DNA of 64,000 nucleotides from an uncultured Actinomycetes bacterium (GTDB taxonomy: Bacteria; Actinomycetota; Actinomycetes; S36-B12), in the NCBI GenBank assembly GCA_963842725.1, contig CAWJHN010000001.1:84447-148446 (forward strand). The letters run 5' to 3'. Position 1 is the first letter of the stretch. Each line of letters begins with the position of its first letter. The notes beneath the pieces are model-generated. The model was not told where the DNA came from, did no database searches, and worked only from the letters and a program-made list of their open reading frames with translations. Position numbers and translations under genes: made by a program. Below, in pieces: positions 8,990 to 18,604 of this stretch.

Positions 8990-10315
8990 GTGCCTGGCAG
9001 CGTCGTGGTCATCGGCCACACCGACGTCGGTCGGCGAGCCTGCGCGCAGCTGACCGCACGCGGGGTCGCCACCGTGCACCTCGACGATCCCTCGGACGCC
9101 GAGATCCGCGAGGCCCTGGCCGGGGAGGTCGCCGGTGTGGCCGTGCTCCTGCACGACGACATGCGGGCCCTGCGGTACAGCCTCGTCGTCGAGCATGTCC
9201 GGCCCGGCATCCGGCTGTTCGTCGCCATGTTCGACGGCACCGCCCGGGCCCAGCTGGAGCGGGTGGTGCCCAACTGCATCGTCCTGTCCCCCGCCGCGAT
9301 CGCGGTGCCGAGCATGGTGGCCGCGGCCATCGCTCCCACCCACGTCGCCGTGCGACGCCGCACGACGTCGCAGCGCCGCCAATGGGTGACGATCGACGGC
9401 ACCCCGGAGGCGGATCCGGTGAGCATCCACCCGTACGAGCCGGCGACCCGGCTGCGGCTGCGCGGGCTCCTGGGCATGCTCCGCGGCCAGCTGCATCCGT
9501 ACGACGCTGGCTCGTCCGTCCTCCTCGGCGGCGCCTTCGGGCTGCTTCTCGTGATCCTCGTCGACACGATCGTCGGCCTCCGGCACGAGTCCTTCGTCCG
9601 TGCGGTGTACGACGCGGCCCGCACCACCGCGACGATCTCGGCGCCCCAGCTGCCGGACGAGACCGGCGTCCTGATCTGGGCCACCGTCGCGGCGTTGCTC
9701 GTGATGGGCTTCACCGCCGCCTTCGCCGCCGGCATCGTCCATCACCTCATCTCCGGCCGACACGTTGCGCTGGTCGGTCGTCGTGTCATGCCGCGCTCAG
9801 GTCACGTCGTCGTGGCCGGAATGGGCCAGGTCGGCCTGCGGCTCGCGCAGGAGCTTCGCACCCTCGGCATCGCCGTCGTCGGCATCGAGCGCCACGCGAC
9901 GGCCCCCGGACTCCCGATGGCCCGCGACCTAGGCATCCCGGTCGTCCTGGGCGACGCCTCGTCGCGCAGGGTTCTGCGCCGCGCCGGCCTGCGGCGGGCC
10001 GTCGCCATCGTGGCCGCGGCGAGCGACGAGCGCGACAACATCGCCGTGGCCATCGCCGCGCAGGCCGTGTCCGAGCACGTCGCGGTCGTCATTCGCGCGG
10101 GAGCCGACGACGCCATCGACGAGACCCGATCGCTGTTCCGGATCGGATCGGTCGTCGACGTCAACGGGCTCACGGCGACGTTCGTCGTGCAGTCGATGCT
10201 CGACGCCGCGCCCTATGCCGTGGTCGCCGTGCACGACCGCGTCATCGCGATCGCGGAGGACGGCGTGGTGGCCGCGATCATGCCGGCCGGCACGACCCGC
10301 TGCGGCTGCTCCTGA
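8990..10315 (+). CDS. RCK(TrkA-N)-2TM-RCK ion-channel-like protein with a degenerate pore loop
   Basis: This is the last 441 codons of the 7043..10315 read-through ORF. GTG at 8990 lies 5 nt after the MFS stop. There is an N-terminal Rossmann-like domain, two TM helices flanking AVYDAARTTATISAPQ, and a C-terminal TrkA-N domain with VVVAGMGQVGLRLAQEL. Confidence 0.65.
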   Translation: MPGSVVVIGHTDVGRRACAQLTARGVATVHLDDPSDAEIREALAGEVAGVAVLLHDDMRALRYSLVVEHVRPGIRLFVAMFDGTARAQLERVVPNCIVLSPAAIAVPSMVAAAIAPTHVAVRRRTTSQRRQWVTIDGTPEADPVSIHPYEPATRLRLRGLLGMLRGQLHPYDAGSSVLLGGAFGLLLVILVDTIVGLRHESFVRAVYDAARTTATISAPQLPDETGVLIWATVAALLVMGFTAAFAAGIVHHLISGRHVALVGRRVMPRSGHVVVAGMGQVGLRLAQELRTLGIAVVGIERHATAPGLPMARDLGIPVVLGDASSRRVLRRAGLRRAVAIVAAASDERDNIAVAIAAQAVSEHVAVVIRAGADDAIDETRSLFRIGSVVDVNGLTATFVVQSMLDAAPYAVVAVHDRVIAIAEDGVVAAIMPAGTTRCGCS

Positions 10316-10348
10316 GGCTGCCAGACGTCGGCCGGGACCGGCAAGGAG

Positions 10349-11245
10349 TCACTGGCCGTCGACGAGCCAGCGCATGCGCTCCACGACCTGGTCGGGGTCG
10401 CCCAGGTGACCCTCCGACTCCTCGACGACCACCTCGGCGCCGGGGACGTTCCGCCCCAGCCACGCGCCGTGGGCTGCGGGCACGAGCACGTCGCGGGCGC
10501 CGTAGCGCACCTGCACCGGGACGGCGATCTCGGCCAGGTCGAACCCCCATGGCCGCATGAAGGCGAGGTCGTCGTCGACCCAGCCCCACACGCCGCCGCG
10601 GACGAGGTCCGCCGTGGACTCCTGGATCATCGCGCCCATGTCCGCCCGACCGAGCACGGCGCGGTCGGCCTCGTCGAGGGCCCAGTCGTCACCCAGGAGC
10701 GCGGACGGATCCACCGCCACGCGCTCGCCCATCTCGCGGAGCTCGCGCTCGAGCTCCGGGACCAGCCGCTGCTCACCCTCGAGCGCCCACGAGAACTCCG
10801 TGACGTTGAGCGGATCCATGCCGTCGAAGAAGTCGAGGTCGTCAAGCCCGTACGGGGCGACGCCGACCGCGCAGCGGCACCGCACCACGCGCGGGCCGAG
10901 CCGGGCTGCGACCGCAAGGCTGTGCGGTCCGCCGCCGGAGCCGCCGGTCACCGAGAAGCGGTCGATCCCCAGGTGGTCCGCGATGGCGGCGACGTCGGGC
11001 ACGCAGTCCGCGACCGAGCGGCCCGCCAGGCGGTCGGAGCTCCCGTAGCCGGGCCGGTCGTACGTGATCACGCGCGCGCCCGCCGCGGCGTACTTCGCCT
11101 CGTCGGGATGCCGGTCGAACCGGCCCCCCGGCGTTCCGTGGAGGCTGAACACGGGGAAGCCGTCGAGGTCACCCCACTCGGCGAAGCACAGCGACCGTCC
11201 GTCGCCGAGGCGGATCGACTGGTTGCTGCGCCCGGGATCGCTCAC
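10349..11245 (-). CDS. Alpha/beta-fold hydrolase
   Basis: C-terminal 298 codons of ORF 10349..11710, with GTG at 11243-11245 (VSDPGRSNQ). Contains HGTPGG, a nucleophile elbow in FSVTGGSGGGPH, and a C-terminal His region (ESEGHL). Confidence 0.8.
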   Translation of the reverse strand: MSDPGRSNQSIRLGDGRSLCFAEWGDLDGFPVFSLHGTPGGRFDRHPDEAKYAAAGARVITYDRPGYGSSDRLAGRSVADCVPDVAAIADHLGIDRFSVTGGSGGGPHSLAVAARLGPRVVRCRCAVGVAPYGLDDLDFFDGMDPLNVTEFSWALEGEQRLVPELERELREMGERVAVDPSALLGDDWALDEADRAVLGRADMGAMIQESTADLVRGGVWGWVDDDLAFMRPWGFDLAEIAVPVQVRYGARDVLVPAAHGAWLGRNVPGAEVVVEESEGHLGDPDQVVERMRWLVDGQ

Positions 11246-11290
11246 AGCGCCGATCCTGACAGCCGGTCGACACGGCGGCAAGCCTCGATG

Positions 11291-11314
11291 CGCGCCTGCG
11301 GTTCGGCAGGCGCG
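11291..11314 (-). terminator. Stem-loop just downstream of glyQS
   Basis: CGCGCCTGC-GGTTCG-GCAGGCGCG, a 9-bp perfect stem 5 nt after the glyQS stop. No U-tract. Confidence 0.4.
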
Positions 11315-11318
11315 GGTG

Positions 11319-12701
<1,383 letters not shown>

Positions 12702-12735
12702 AATGCGGCAATCCTAACGGGGCCCCTGAGGTCGC

Positions 12736-13230
12736 TCAGCCGGGTGCGATCGAGGCGACGATGCGGAGCGCCTCCTGCTCGTCGATCGTGTCGAAGTCGT
12801 CGTAGTGCCATGAAAGGCTGCGCCGGCCGAGGGGCTTGGCGACGGCCACCACCAGGTCGTAGCGATGATGCAGGTCGGCCAGTGCGTCGCGCGGGCATAC
12901 CGGCACGGCGAGGACGAGGCGACCGACCCCGACGTCGCGGAGCATCGCGGCCGCGGCCCGGGCGACGGTCCCCGTCTCGACGCCGTCGTCGACGACGATG
13001 ACGGTCCGCCCGTGGACTTCGGGCAGCGGCGGGACGAGCACGCCATCTCCTGTCCGGTCAACGGGCAGCGCCCGCACCGGCGCCGCGAACCTCTCGAGGA
13101 TCCCCACCGTCACCGGCACGCCGTTCGGGATGGCCGGCAGCAGGATCGGATCGGCGGCGTCAGCCATCGCCTCGCGCAGTGCCGGTCCCAGCCGCCGGCC
13201 GCCGTCAGCGAGGTTCGCGAAGTCCTTCAC
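12736..13230 (-). CDS. Phosphoribosyltransferase-domain protein
   Basis: Last 164 codons of ORF 12736..13638, with GTG at 13228-13230. PRPP-binding loop RTVIVVDDGVETGTVARAA. Confidence 0.7.
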   Translation of the reverse strand: MKDFANLADGGRRLGPALREAMADAADPILLPAIPNGVPVTVGILERFAAPVRALPVDRTGDGVLVPPLPEVHGRTVIVVDDGVETGTVARAAAAMLRDVGVGRLVLAVPVCPRDALADLHHRYDLVVAVAKPLGRRSLSWHYDDFDTIDEQEALRIVASIAPG

Positions 13231-13655
13231 GACGTCACCGACCTGACCTGCGCGGCGGCAGCCGCACCGAGCCCGACGACCGTGGCGTCCGCGGCCAGTC
13301 CGCTGCTGGCGGTCGCTCGTCCGTCGGCGGTCCAGTGGTCGACGAGCTCGAATGCGGAGGGCTCGTCGACCGCCGACGACAGGATCGGGATCGCGTGCAT
13401 CTTCACGTCGAACGACGACAGCGCCCGCCGATACGCACCCACGCCCTCCCACTCGGTGCGGATCACGAACAGGTGCGCGTCGTCCGTCGACTGACCCAGG
13501 GACGCCGAGCGGCAGCCGACCTGCTCGGCGAGCACCGCGATGGCCCGGCGGGCTCCGTCGACGAAGTCGTCGCGGAGAGTCGCCTCGACGCGGTACCGGC
13601 TCACCACGAGCAGCGGGGCGGGCTCGGCCGCGGTCCACGGGCTAGTGTTGATCAC
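13227..13655 (-). CDS. Antibiotic-biosynthesis-monooxygenase (ABM, ferredoxin-like) domain protein
   Basis: Last 142 codons of ORF 13227..13910, with GTG at 13653-13655. LLVVSRYRV...HLFVIRTEWEGVGAYRRAL is ABM-like. Its stop overlaps the downstream PRTase start (GTGA). Confidence 0.55.
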   Translation of the reverse strand: MINTSPWTAAEPAPLLVVSRYRVEATLRDDFVDGARRAIAVLAEQVGCRSASLGQSTDDAHLFVIRTEWEGVGAYRRALSSFDVKMHAIPILSSAVDEPSAFELVDHWTADGRATASSGLAADATVVGLGAAAAAQVRSVTS

Positions 13656-13717
13656 CCGACGAACGGTAGTCGCACGCGTGCCGGGACGTCGCCGCCTTCG
13701 AACGAACCGGGAGTGCC

Positions 13718-14164
13718 ATGGCCAGCAGCGCCGACAAGAACCCGGCGAGCGCCCCCAAGAAGAAGGGCAGCCAGCCGAGCGGGGTGCGCGGACCCGGTGG
13801 ACCTCCCCCGGCGCAGCCACGGTCCGGCTCCCGGGCAACCTCGTCCGCCCGCGCGACGTCCGGGCAGCCGTCGGCCCAGCGGTCCGCCCTCGAGCGGCGC
13901 AGCTATCCACTGCTGCGCGTGCTTCAGCGGGTGCCGAAGTGGCTGATCGTGGTGCTGCCCGCCATCCTGCTGTTCTTCGGCCTCATCCAGACGGGCGGCC
14001 TCGCGTGGCTGGGCGGTGTCCTGCTGCTCCTGGTGGCGGTCTTCCTGGGGTGGCTGCTCCTGCTCTCGTGGCCGGCCCTGTCGCCCGGCTCCCGCACGGT
14101 CCGCATCGTGACGGTGGCAGCGGTGGTCGGCATCGCCCTTCTCAAGTTCCTCGGCCGTTTCTGA
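13718..14164 (+). CDS. Small membrane protein with a disordered Lys/Pro/Ser-rich N-terminus and two TM helices
   Basis: 148-aa ORF. GGGAG lies 5 nt before the ATG. TM helices WLIVVLPAILLFFGLI and LGGVLLLLVAVFLGWLLLL. Confidence 0.6.
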   Translation: MASSADKNPASAPKKKGSQPSGVRGPGGPPPAQPRSGSRATSSARATSGQPSAQRSALERRSYPLLRVLQRVPKWLIVVLPAILLFFGLIQTGGLAWLGGVLLLLVAVFLGWLLLLSWPALSPGSRTVRIVTVAAVVGIALLKFLGRF

Positions 14165-14185
14165 TTTTGACAATCATTTTCATTA
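14165..14185 (+). promoter_or_regulatory. Zur box (zinc uptake regulator operator) upstream of znuA
   Basis: An AT-rich island in GC-rich DNA, TTTTGACAATCATTTTCATTA, with the core near-palindrome TGACAATCATTTTCA (14168-14182). It lies 17-37 nt upstream of the znuA ATG, and zur is encoded in the same operon. Confidence 0.75.
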
Positions 14186-14201
14186 AGCCTACCGTTGCGG
14201 C

Positions 14202-15089
14202 ATGAACCGGCCGTCACCACGCATCGCGCTCGGACTCGCCGCGGCCGCCCTGGCCCTGGTCGGCTGCTCCTCGGGCGGCACCGAGGCAGCCCCGGACTCC
14301 ACGACGGACGGACGGCCCAGCGTGGTCGCGGCCTTCTACCCCCTGGCCTTCGCGGCCGAATCGGTCGGTGGAGACGCCGTCTCCGTCACGTCCTTGACCC
14401 CTCCCGGGGTCGAGCCGCACGACCTCGAGCTCTCCGCCGCCCAGGTGGGCGAGATCGCCGCCGCCGACCTCGTGCTCTACGTCCGGGGATTCCAGCCGGC
14501 CGTGGACGAGGCGGTCGACCAGCAGGCTCCCGGACGGGCCATCGACGTGGCCGCTGCGGTTCCGCTCCTGGGCAGCGATCCGCACGTCTGGCTCGACCCC
14601 GCCAACATGGCACTCATCGGCGACGCGGTTGCCGCGCGGCTCTCCGAGCTGGATCCCTCGCTCGCCGCCTCCGTCGAGGCGAACGACGCCGCGCTGGCCG
14701 CCACGATGGCGGACCTGAGGGCCGAGTTCGCCGCGGCACTGGCCACCTGCGCCAGCCGCGACCTGGTGGTCAGCCACGAGGCCTTCGGCTACCTGGCGCA
14801 CGCCTTCGGACTCACGCAGGTGGGCATCTCCGGGCTGTCGCCGGAGGCGGAGCCCAGCCCAGCCCGCATGAAGGATGTCGCGGACCTCGTCCGCGAGAAG
14901 GGGATCTCGACGATCTACTACGAGACCCTCGTGGACCCCAAGGTCGCCCAGACCATCGCCGACGAGACCGGTGCCAGCGCGGCCGTGCTCGATCCGCTGG
15001 AGGGCCTCGCCCCGGGTTCCACCGGAGACTACGTCTCGGTCATGAAGGACAACCTCGCGACGCTGGTCGCCGGCCAGTCCTGCACATGA
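14202..15089 (+). CDS. znuA: Metal (zinc) ABC transporter substrate-binding lipoprotein, ZnuA/TroA family
   Basis: 295-aa ORF with lipobox LALVGCSS. Cluster-9 SBP motifs (DPHVWLDP, HEAFGYL). Supported by the Zur box upstream and znuC/znuB/zur downstream. Confidence 0.85.
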   Translation: MNRPSPRIALGLAAAALALVGCSSGGTEAAPDSTTDGRPSVVAAFYPLAFAAESVGGDAVSVTSLTPPGVEPHDLELSAAQVGEIAAADLVLYVRGFQPAVDEAVDQQAPGRAIDVAAAVPLLGSDPHVWLDPANMALIGDAVAARLSELDPSLAASVEANDAALAATMADLRAEFAAALATCASRDLVVSHEAFGYLAHAFGLTQVGISGLSPEAEPSPARMKDVADLVREKGISTIYYETLVDPKVAQTIADETGASAAVLDPLEGLAPGSTGDYVSVMKDNLATLVAGQSCT

Positions 15090-15892
15090 GCGACCCACAC
15101 GCCGCGCACTCGCATGCGGACCCGGGCTCCCCCGAGGTGCTCCGCGTCGAGCGCCTGTGCGTCGAGTTCGACGGCGAGCATGTCCTCGAGGATGTCGACG
15201 TCACCGTTCGCTCAGGGGAGTTCGTCGCCCTGTTGGGACCCAACGGCAGCGGGAAGACCACGCTCGTGCGAGCGGTCCTGGGACTGCAGCCGTTCAGCCA
15301 CGGACGCGTCAGCATCTTCGGCGAGCCCCTCGCCCGCTTCCGCTCCTGGCAGCGCGTCGCCCTGGTTCCCCAGCGACTGCCGGGTGCCTCGAGCATCCCG
15401 GTGTCCGTGTGGGAGACAGTCGTCAGCGGCCTGATCTCGCCACGCCGACGGTGGCGACCGCTGAACCGGGCCGAGAGGGGTGCGGCGGCGCAGGCGCTCC
15501 AGGACGTCGGCCTGTGGGCCAAGCGGCACGAGCGACTCGACACGCTGTCCGGAGGCCAGCAGCGTCGCGTGCTCATCGCCAGGGCCCTCGCCTCCGGAGC
15601 CGACCTGCTGTTCATGGACGAGCCGACGGCCGGCGTCGACGCAGCCCATGTCGCCCGGCTGACCGAGCTGCTCTCGCAGCTCCACGAGCACGGCAGGACG
15701 ATCGTGGTCGTCACGCACGAGCTGACCGGGCTCACGCACCTGGTGACCCGGGCCATCGTCCTGGCGTCCGACGCGCGCGTGTCCGTGGCCTTCGACGGCC
15801 CCCCGCCGATCCCCGGCGGACTGCACGACCACGTGCACCACCACGACGGACTGCACGACCACGAGCCGAACCCCGTCGGGCTCGAGCCATGA
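15086..15892 (+). CDS. znuC: Metal ABC transporter ATP-binding protein
   Basis: ATG at 15086 overlaps the znuA stop (ATGA). Walker A GPNGSGKTT, signature LSGGQQRRV, Walker B LLFMDEP. Confidence 0.9.
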   Translation: MSDPHAAHSHADPGSPEVLRVERLCVEFDGEHVLEDVDVTVRSGEFVALLGPNGSGKTTLVRAVLGLQPFSHGRVSIFGEPLARFRSWQRVALVPQRLPGASSIPVSVWETVVSGLISPRRRWRPLNRAERGAAAQALQDVGLWAKRHERLDTLSGGQQRRVLIARALASGADLLFMDEPTAGVDAAHVARLTELLSQLHEHGRTIVVVTHELTGLTHLVTRAIVLASDARVSVAFDGPPPIPGGLHDHVHHHDGLHDHEPNPVGLEP

Positions 15893-16716
15893 CCTCACTG
15901 CTCGACTTCGACTTCATGCGACGCGCGCTCGTGGCGGCCGCCCTGGTCGGCCTGATCGCTCCGCTGGTCGGCGTCTTCCTGGTCCAGCGCCGGCTGGCCC
16001 TCCTCGGCGACGGCATGGGGCACGTGGCGCTGACCGGTGTCGGCCTGGCCTTCCTGCTGGGCACCGCGCCGATCCCCACGGCGATGGCCGCAGCCGTCAT
16101 CGGCGCGTTCCTCATCGAGTTCATCCGCTATCGGAGCCGCACCGCGGGCGACGTCGCCCTGGCGCTCCTGTTCTACGGCGGCATCGCCGGAGGCGTGCTC
16201 TTCGCCTCGCTGGCGCCCGGCAAGGCGTCCTCCTCGCTCAATGCCTACCTCTTCGGCTCGCTGTCGACCGTCGCCGAGGGCGACCTGGTCGCCCTCGGAG
16301 TCCTCGGCCTGCTGGTCGTCGCGGTGGTCGCCGTGCTGGGTCGCGAACTGTTCGCAGTGAGCCTCGACCCGGACATCGCGGCTGTGCAGGGCATCCGCGT
16401 GCGGCTGATCAGCACGCTGATGGCGGTCCTGGCCGCCGTGGTCGTGGTCGTCGGCATGCGGGTGGTCGGGCTCCTGCTCGTCAGCGCGATCATGATCGTG
16501 CCCGTCGCCGCCGCCCAGCAGGTCACCCGGTCGTTCCGCGCCACCGCGGCCCTGGCCATCGTCCTGGGACTCCTGGCGAGCGTGGCAGGCCTCGTCGGGT
16601 CCTTCTATGTCGAGGTCCCACCGGGACCGACCATCGTCCTCTTCGCGCTGCTGTCCTTCGCCGTGCTTGCGACGGTCGCCGTGCCCATCCGGCGCCACCG
16701 ACGGGCGATCTCATGA
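15889..16716 (+). CDS. znuB: Metal ABC transporter permease (ABC-3 family)
   Basis: ATG at 15889 overlaps the znuC stop (ATGA). MTSLLDFDFMRRALVAAALVG... is a typical ZnuB/TroC N-terminus, with about 8 TM. Confidence 0.9.
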   Translation: MTSLLDFDFMRRALVAAALVGLIAPLVGVFLVQRRLALLGDGMGHVALTGVGLAFLLGTAPIPTAMAAAVIGAFLIEFIRYRSRTAGDVALALLFYGGIAGGVLFASLAPGKASSSLNAYLFGSLSTVAEGDLVALGVLGLLVVAVVAVLGRELFAVSLDPDIAAVQGIRVRLISTLMAVLAAVVVVVGMRVVGLLLVSAIMIVPVAAAQQVTRSFRATAALAIVLGLLASVAGLVGSFYVEVPPGPTIVLFALLSFAVLATVAVPIRRHRRAIS

Positions 16717-17102
16717 CGGCGCCGGTTCCCCGGCAGACGCGGCAGCGCATGGCTGTCGCCCACCTGCTCGACGGCCTCGACGAGTTCAAGTCGGCCCAGC
16801 AGATCCACGATCTGCTCCGCTCGCAGGGCGACTCCGTCGGGCTGACCACGGTCTACCGGTCCCTGCAGGCCCTCGCCGATTCCGGAGCCGTCGACCTCCT
16901 CGTCAATGACGACGGCGAGACCGTCTACCGCAAGTGCAGCACCGATCACCATCATCACCTGGTCTGCCGGCGGTGCGGCACCACGGTCGAGATCGCCGGA
17001 CCTGCCCTCGAGACGTGGGCCGACCGGATCGCCGCCGAGAACGGCTTCACCGACGTGAGTCACACGTTCGAGATCTTCGGGTGCTGCTCCGAATGCTCGT
17101 GA
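16713..17102 (+). CDS. zur: Fur-family zinc uptake regulator
   Basis: 129-aa ORF with an ATGA overlap onto znuB. Winged-helix RQRMAVAHLL...TVYRSLQAL, and metal sites HHHHLVCRRCG and FGCCSEC. Confidence 0.9.
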   Translation: MTAPVPRQTRQRMAVAHLLDGLDEFKSAQQIHDLLRSQGDSVGLTTVYRSLQALADSGAVDLLVNDDGETVYRKCSTDHHHHLVCRRCGTTVEIAGPALETWADRIAAENGFTDVSHTFEIFGCCSECS

Positions 17103-17138
17103 GGCCTGCTGCGGGGCGATAATTGAGGGTGAGGGGAG

Positions 17139-18023
17139 ATGGGATGTGGAGTCATGAAACCCTCAGCCGCCCGAGCCGCCCGCATGATCCTCACGGCAGT
17201 CACAACCATCGCGCTGGGGCTTTCGGCCTTGGCCTTCTCGGCGTCCAGCGCATCGTCGGAGGTGATTCTCCGACCCGAGACAGCCGTGATGCTGCAAGGC
17301 ATCGCAGTCGACGAGAAACTCGCGCATGACGTGTACACCGCGCTCGAATCACGGTACCCGAACGCGATCTTCGACAACATCGCCGACAGTGAGGCTCGGC
17401 ATCAGGAGGCCGTCCGCGACCTGATGCTGAAGCACGCCGTCGTCGACCCCACAGCCGGTGATGCCATCGGATCCTTCGATGACCCCGAGGTCCAGTCCCT
17501 CCACAACGACCTGGTGGCCAAGGGACTGACGTCACTGACCGCGGCAGCGGAAGTGGGCGTGTGGATCGAGGAGTTCGACATCGCCGACCTCACGGACGCG
17601 CTGGCAGCCGAACTGCCGAAGGACGTTCGCCAGGTGCTCACGAACCTGCTGGACGCGTCCCGCAGCCACTTGGCTTCCTTTGAGGAACTGCTCACCCGGT
17701 CGATCACGCTGGAGCCCGTCGCGGCGACCACCCAACTGCGGCAGACCGCTGAGGTCCGCGCGCAGGAGCGCACTCGCTATCAGGTGGGCACGACCCTGCT
17801 GCTTGCGCTTCGCCCGGTGCGGACGAACGCAGGGATGACCGTGCGGTGGCGCGCCACCACGGAGTCCCGTGAGATGTGCCGGGTGCGGACGCGAAACGGC
17901 AAGTCGACCGTGACGCTCCTGCGGCCGGGTACCTGCCTGGTGGTCGGCTACGCCCCGCCACCGACGCCGGAGTATGCGGAGTACCGGGTCACGTTCCGGT
18001 TCCGCGCCGTGGGCACGCCTTGA
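17139..18023 (+). CDS. Secreted ferritin-like (DUF2202-type) domain protein with an uncharacterised C-terminal beta-rich extension
   Basis: 294-aa ORF (alternative start ATG 17154, MKPSAARAARMIL...). Signal peptide ...ALAFSASSASS. Ferritin-like E/H pattern DEKLAHDVY...DSEARHQEA...EEFDIADL...SRSHLASFEE. GC is lower than in the neighbouring genes. Confidence 0.65.
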   Translation: MGCGVMKPSAARAARMILTAVTTIALGLSALAFSASSASSEVILRPETAVMLQGIAVDEKLAHDVYTALESRYPNAIFDNIADSEARHQEAVRDLMLKHAVVDPTAGDAIGSFDDPEVQSLHNDLVAKGLTSLTAAAEVGVWIEEFDIADLTDALAAELPKDVRQVLTNLLDASRSHLASFEELLTRSITLEPVAATTQLRQTAEVRAQERTRYQVGTTLLLALRPVRTNAGMTVRWRATTESREMCRVRTRNGKSTVTLLRPGTCLVVGYAPPPTPEYAEYRVTFRFRAVGTP

Positions 18024-18108
18024 CCGTCCAATGCTCGTGCACGCTCCGACATCGCACCGACGCGGTGCCACACTGAGGATGGAGAGTTGCGAGCCCTTGG
18101 AGGTCACC

Positions 18109-18588
18109 ATGTCCGCACGACTTCGTCGCACGGCTATCGCACTTATCGGCTGCGGTGCCGTCGCACTGACCAGCCTGGTCGGAATTTCCGGAGCGGCAAA
18201 CGCCGCTCAGGCCGCCGTGTACCGAACCGGCGACGAGATCACGACGCTGCCAGCCAAGGCAGTCCTGATCGGCAACACGACGCCCGCGCAGTTCGTCACC
18301 GTGAAGCTCGCCGTACCGACGGGCCTCACGTGCGCAACCGACCTCAGGTCGCGCGTCGCCGGCCAGCGCAATGCAGTGACCGTCGCTGTCGTCCCCGACT
18401 GCACGGTCCCCGGCTTCGCCAAGTGGACCGTCACGGCGAACGCGATCGCCCACAAGCGCAACGCCGTCGTCAAGTTCATCGCGATCAACCCGGTGGATCT
18501 GAGCCGCACGGTAGGCACGCTGGTCATGAAGGTCAACCCGGGGGCCGGGCCCTCCAGGCCGGGCGGCAACGGTAACGGCAACTCCTGA
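18109..18588 (+). CDS. Secreted hypothetical protein (beta-rich, Gly/Asn C-terminal tail)
   Basis: ATG at 18109 inside ORF 17974..18588, with GGAGG 6 nt upstream. Signal peptide ...LVGISGAANA. Two Cys residues, and the protein ends GGNGNGNS. Confidence 0.6.
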   Translation: MSARLRRTAIALIGCGAVALTSLVGISGAANAAQAAVYRTGDEITTLPAKAVLIGNTTPAQFVTVKLAVPTGLTCATDLRSRVAGQRNAVTVAVVPDCTVPGFAKWTVTANAIAHKRNAVVKFIAINPVDLSRTVGTLVMKVNPGAGPSRPGGNGNGNS

Positions 18589-18604
18589 TCGAGGCGAGCC
18601 GCGG

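Noticed and set aside
7043-10315. The 1090-aa plus-strand ORF spanning the MFS gene region and the RCK-like gene.
   Set aside because: Only the last 441 codons (from GTG 8990) look like protein. Upstream it overlaps the real MFS gene in another frame and translates to Arg/Pro/Gly-rich noise.
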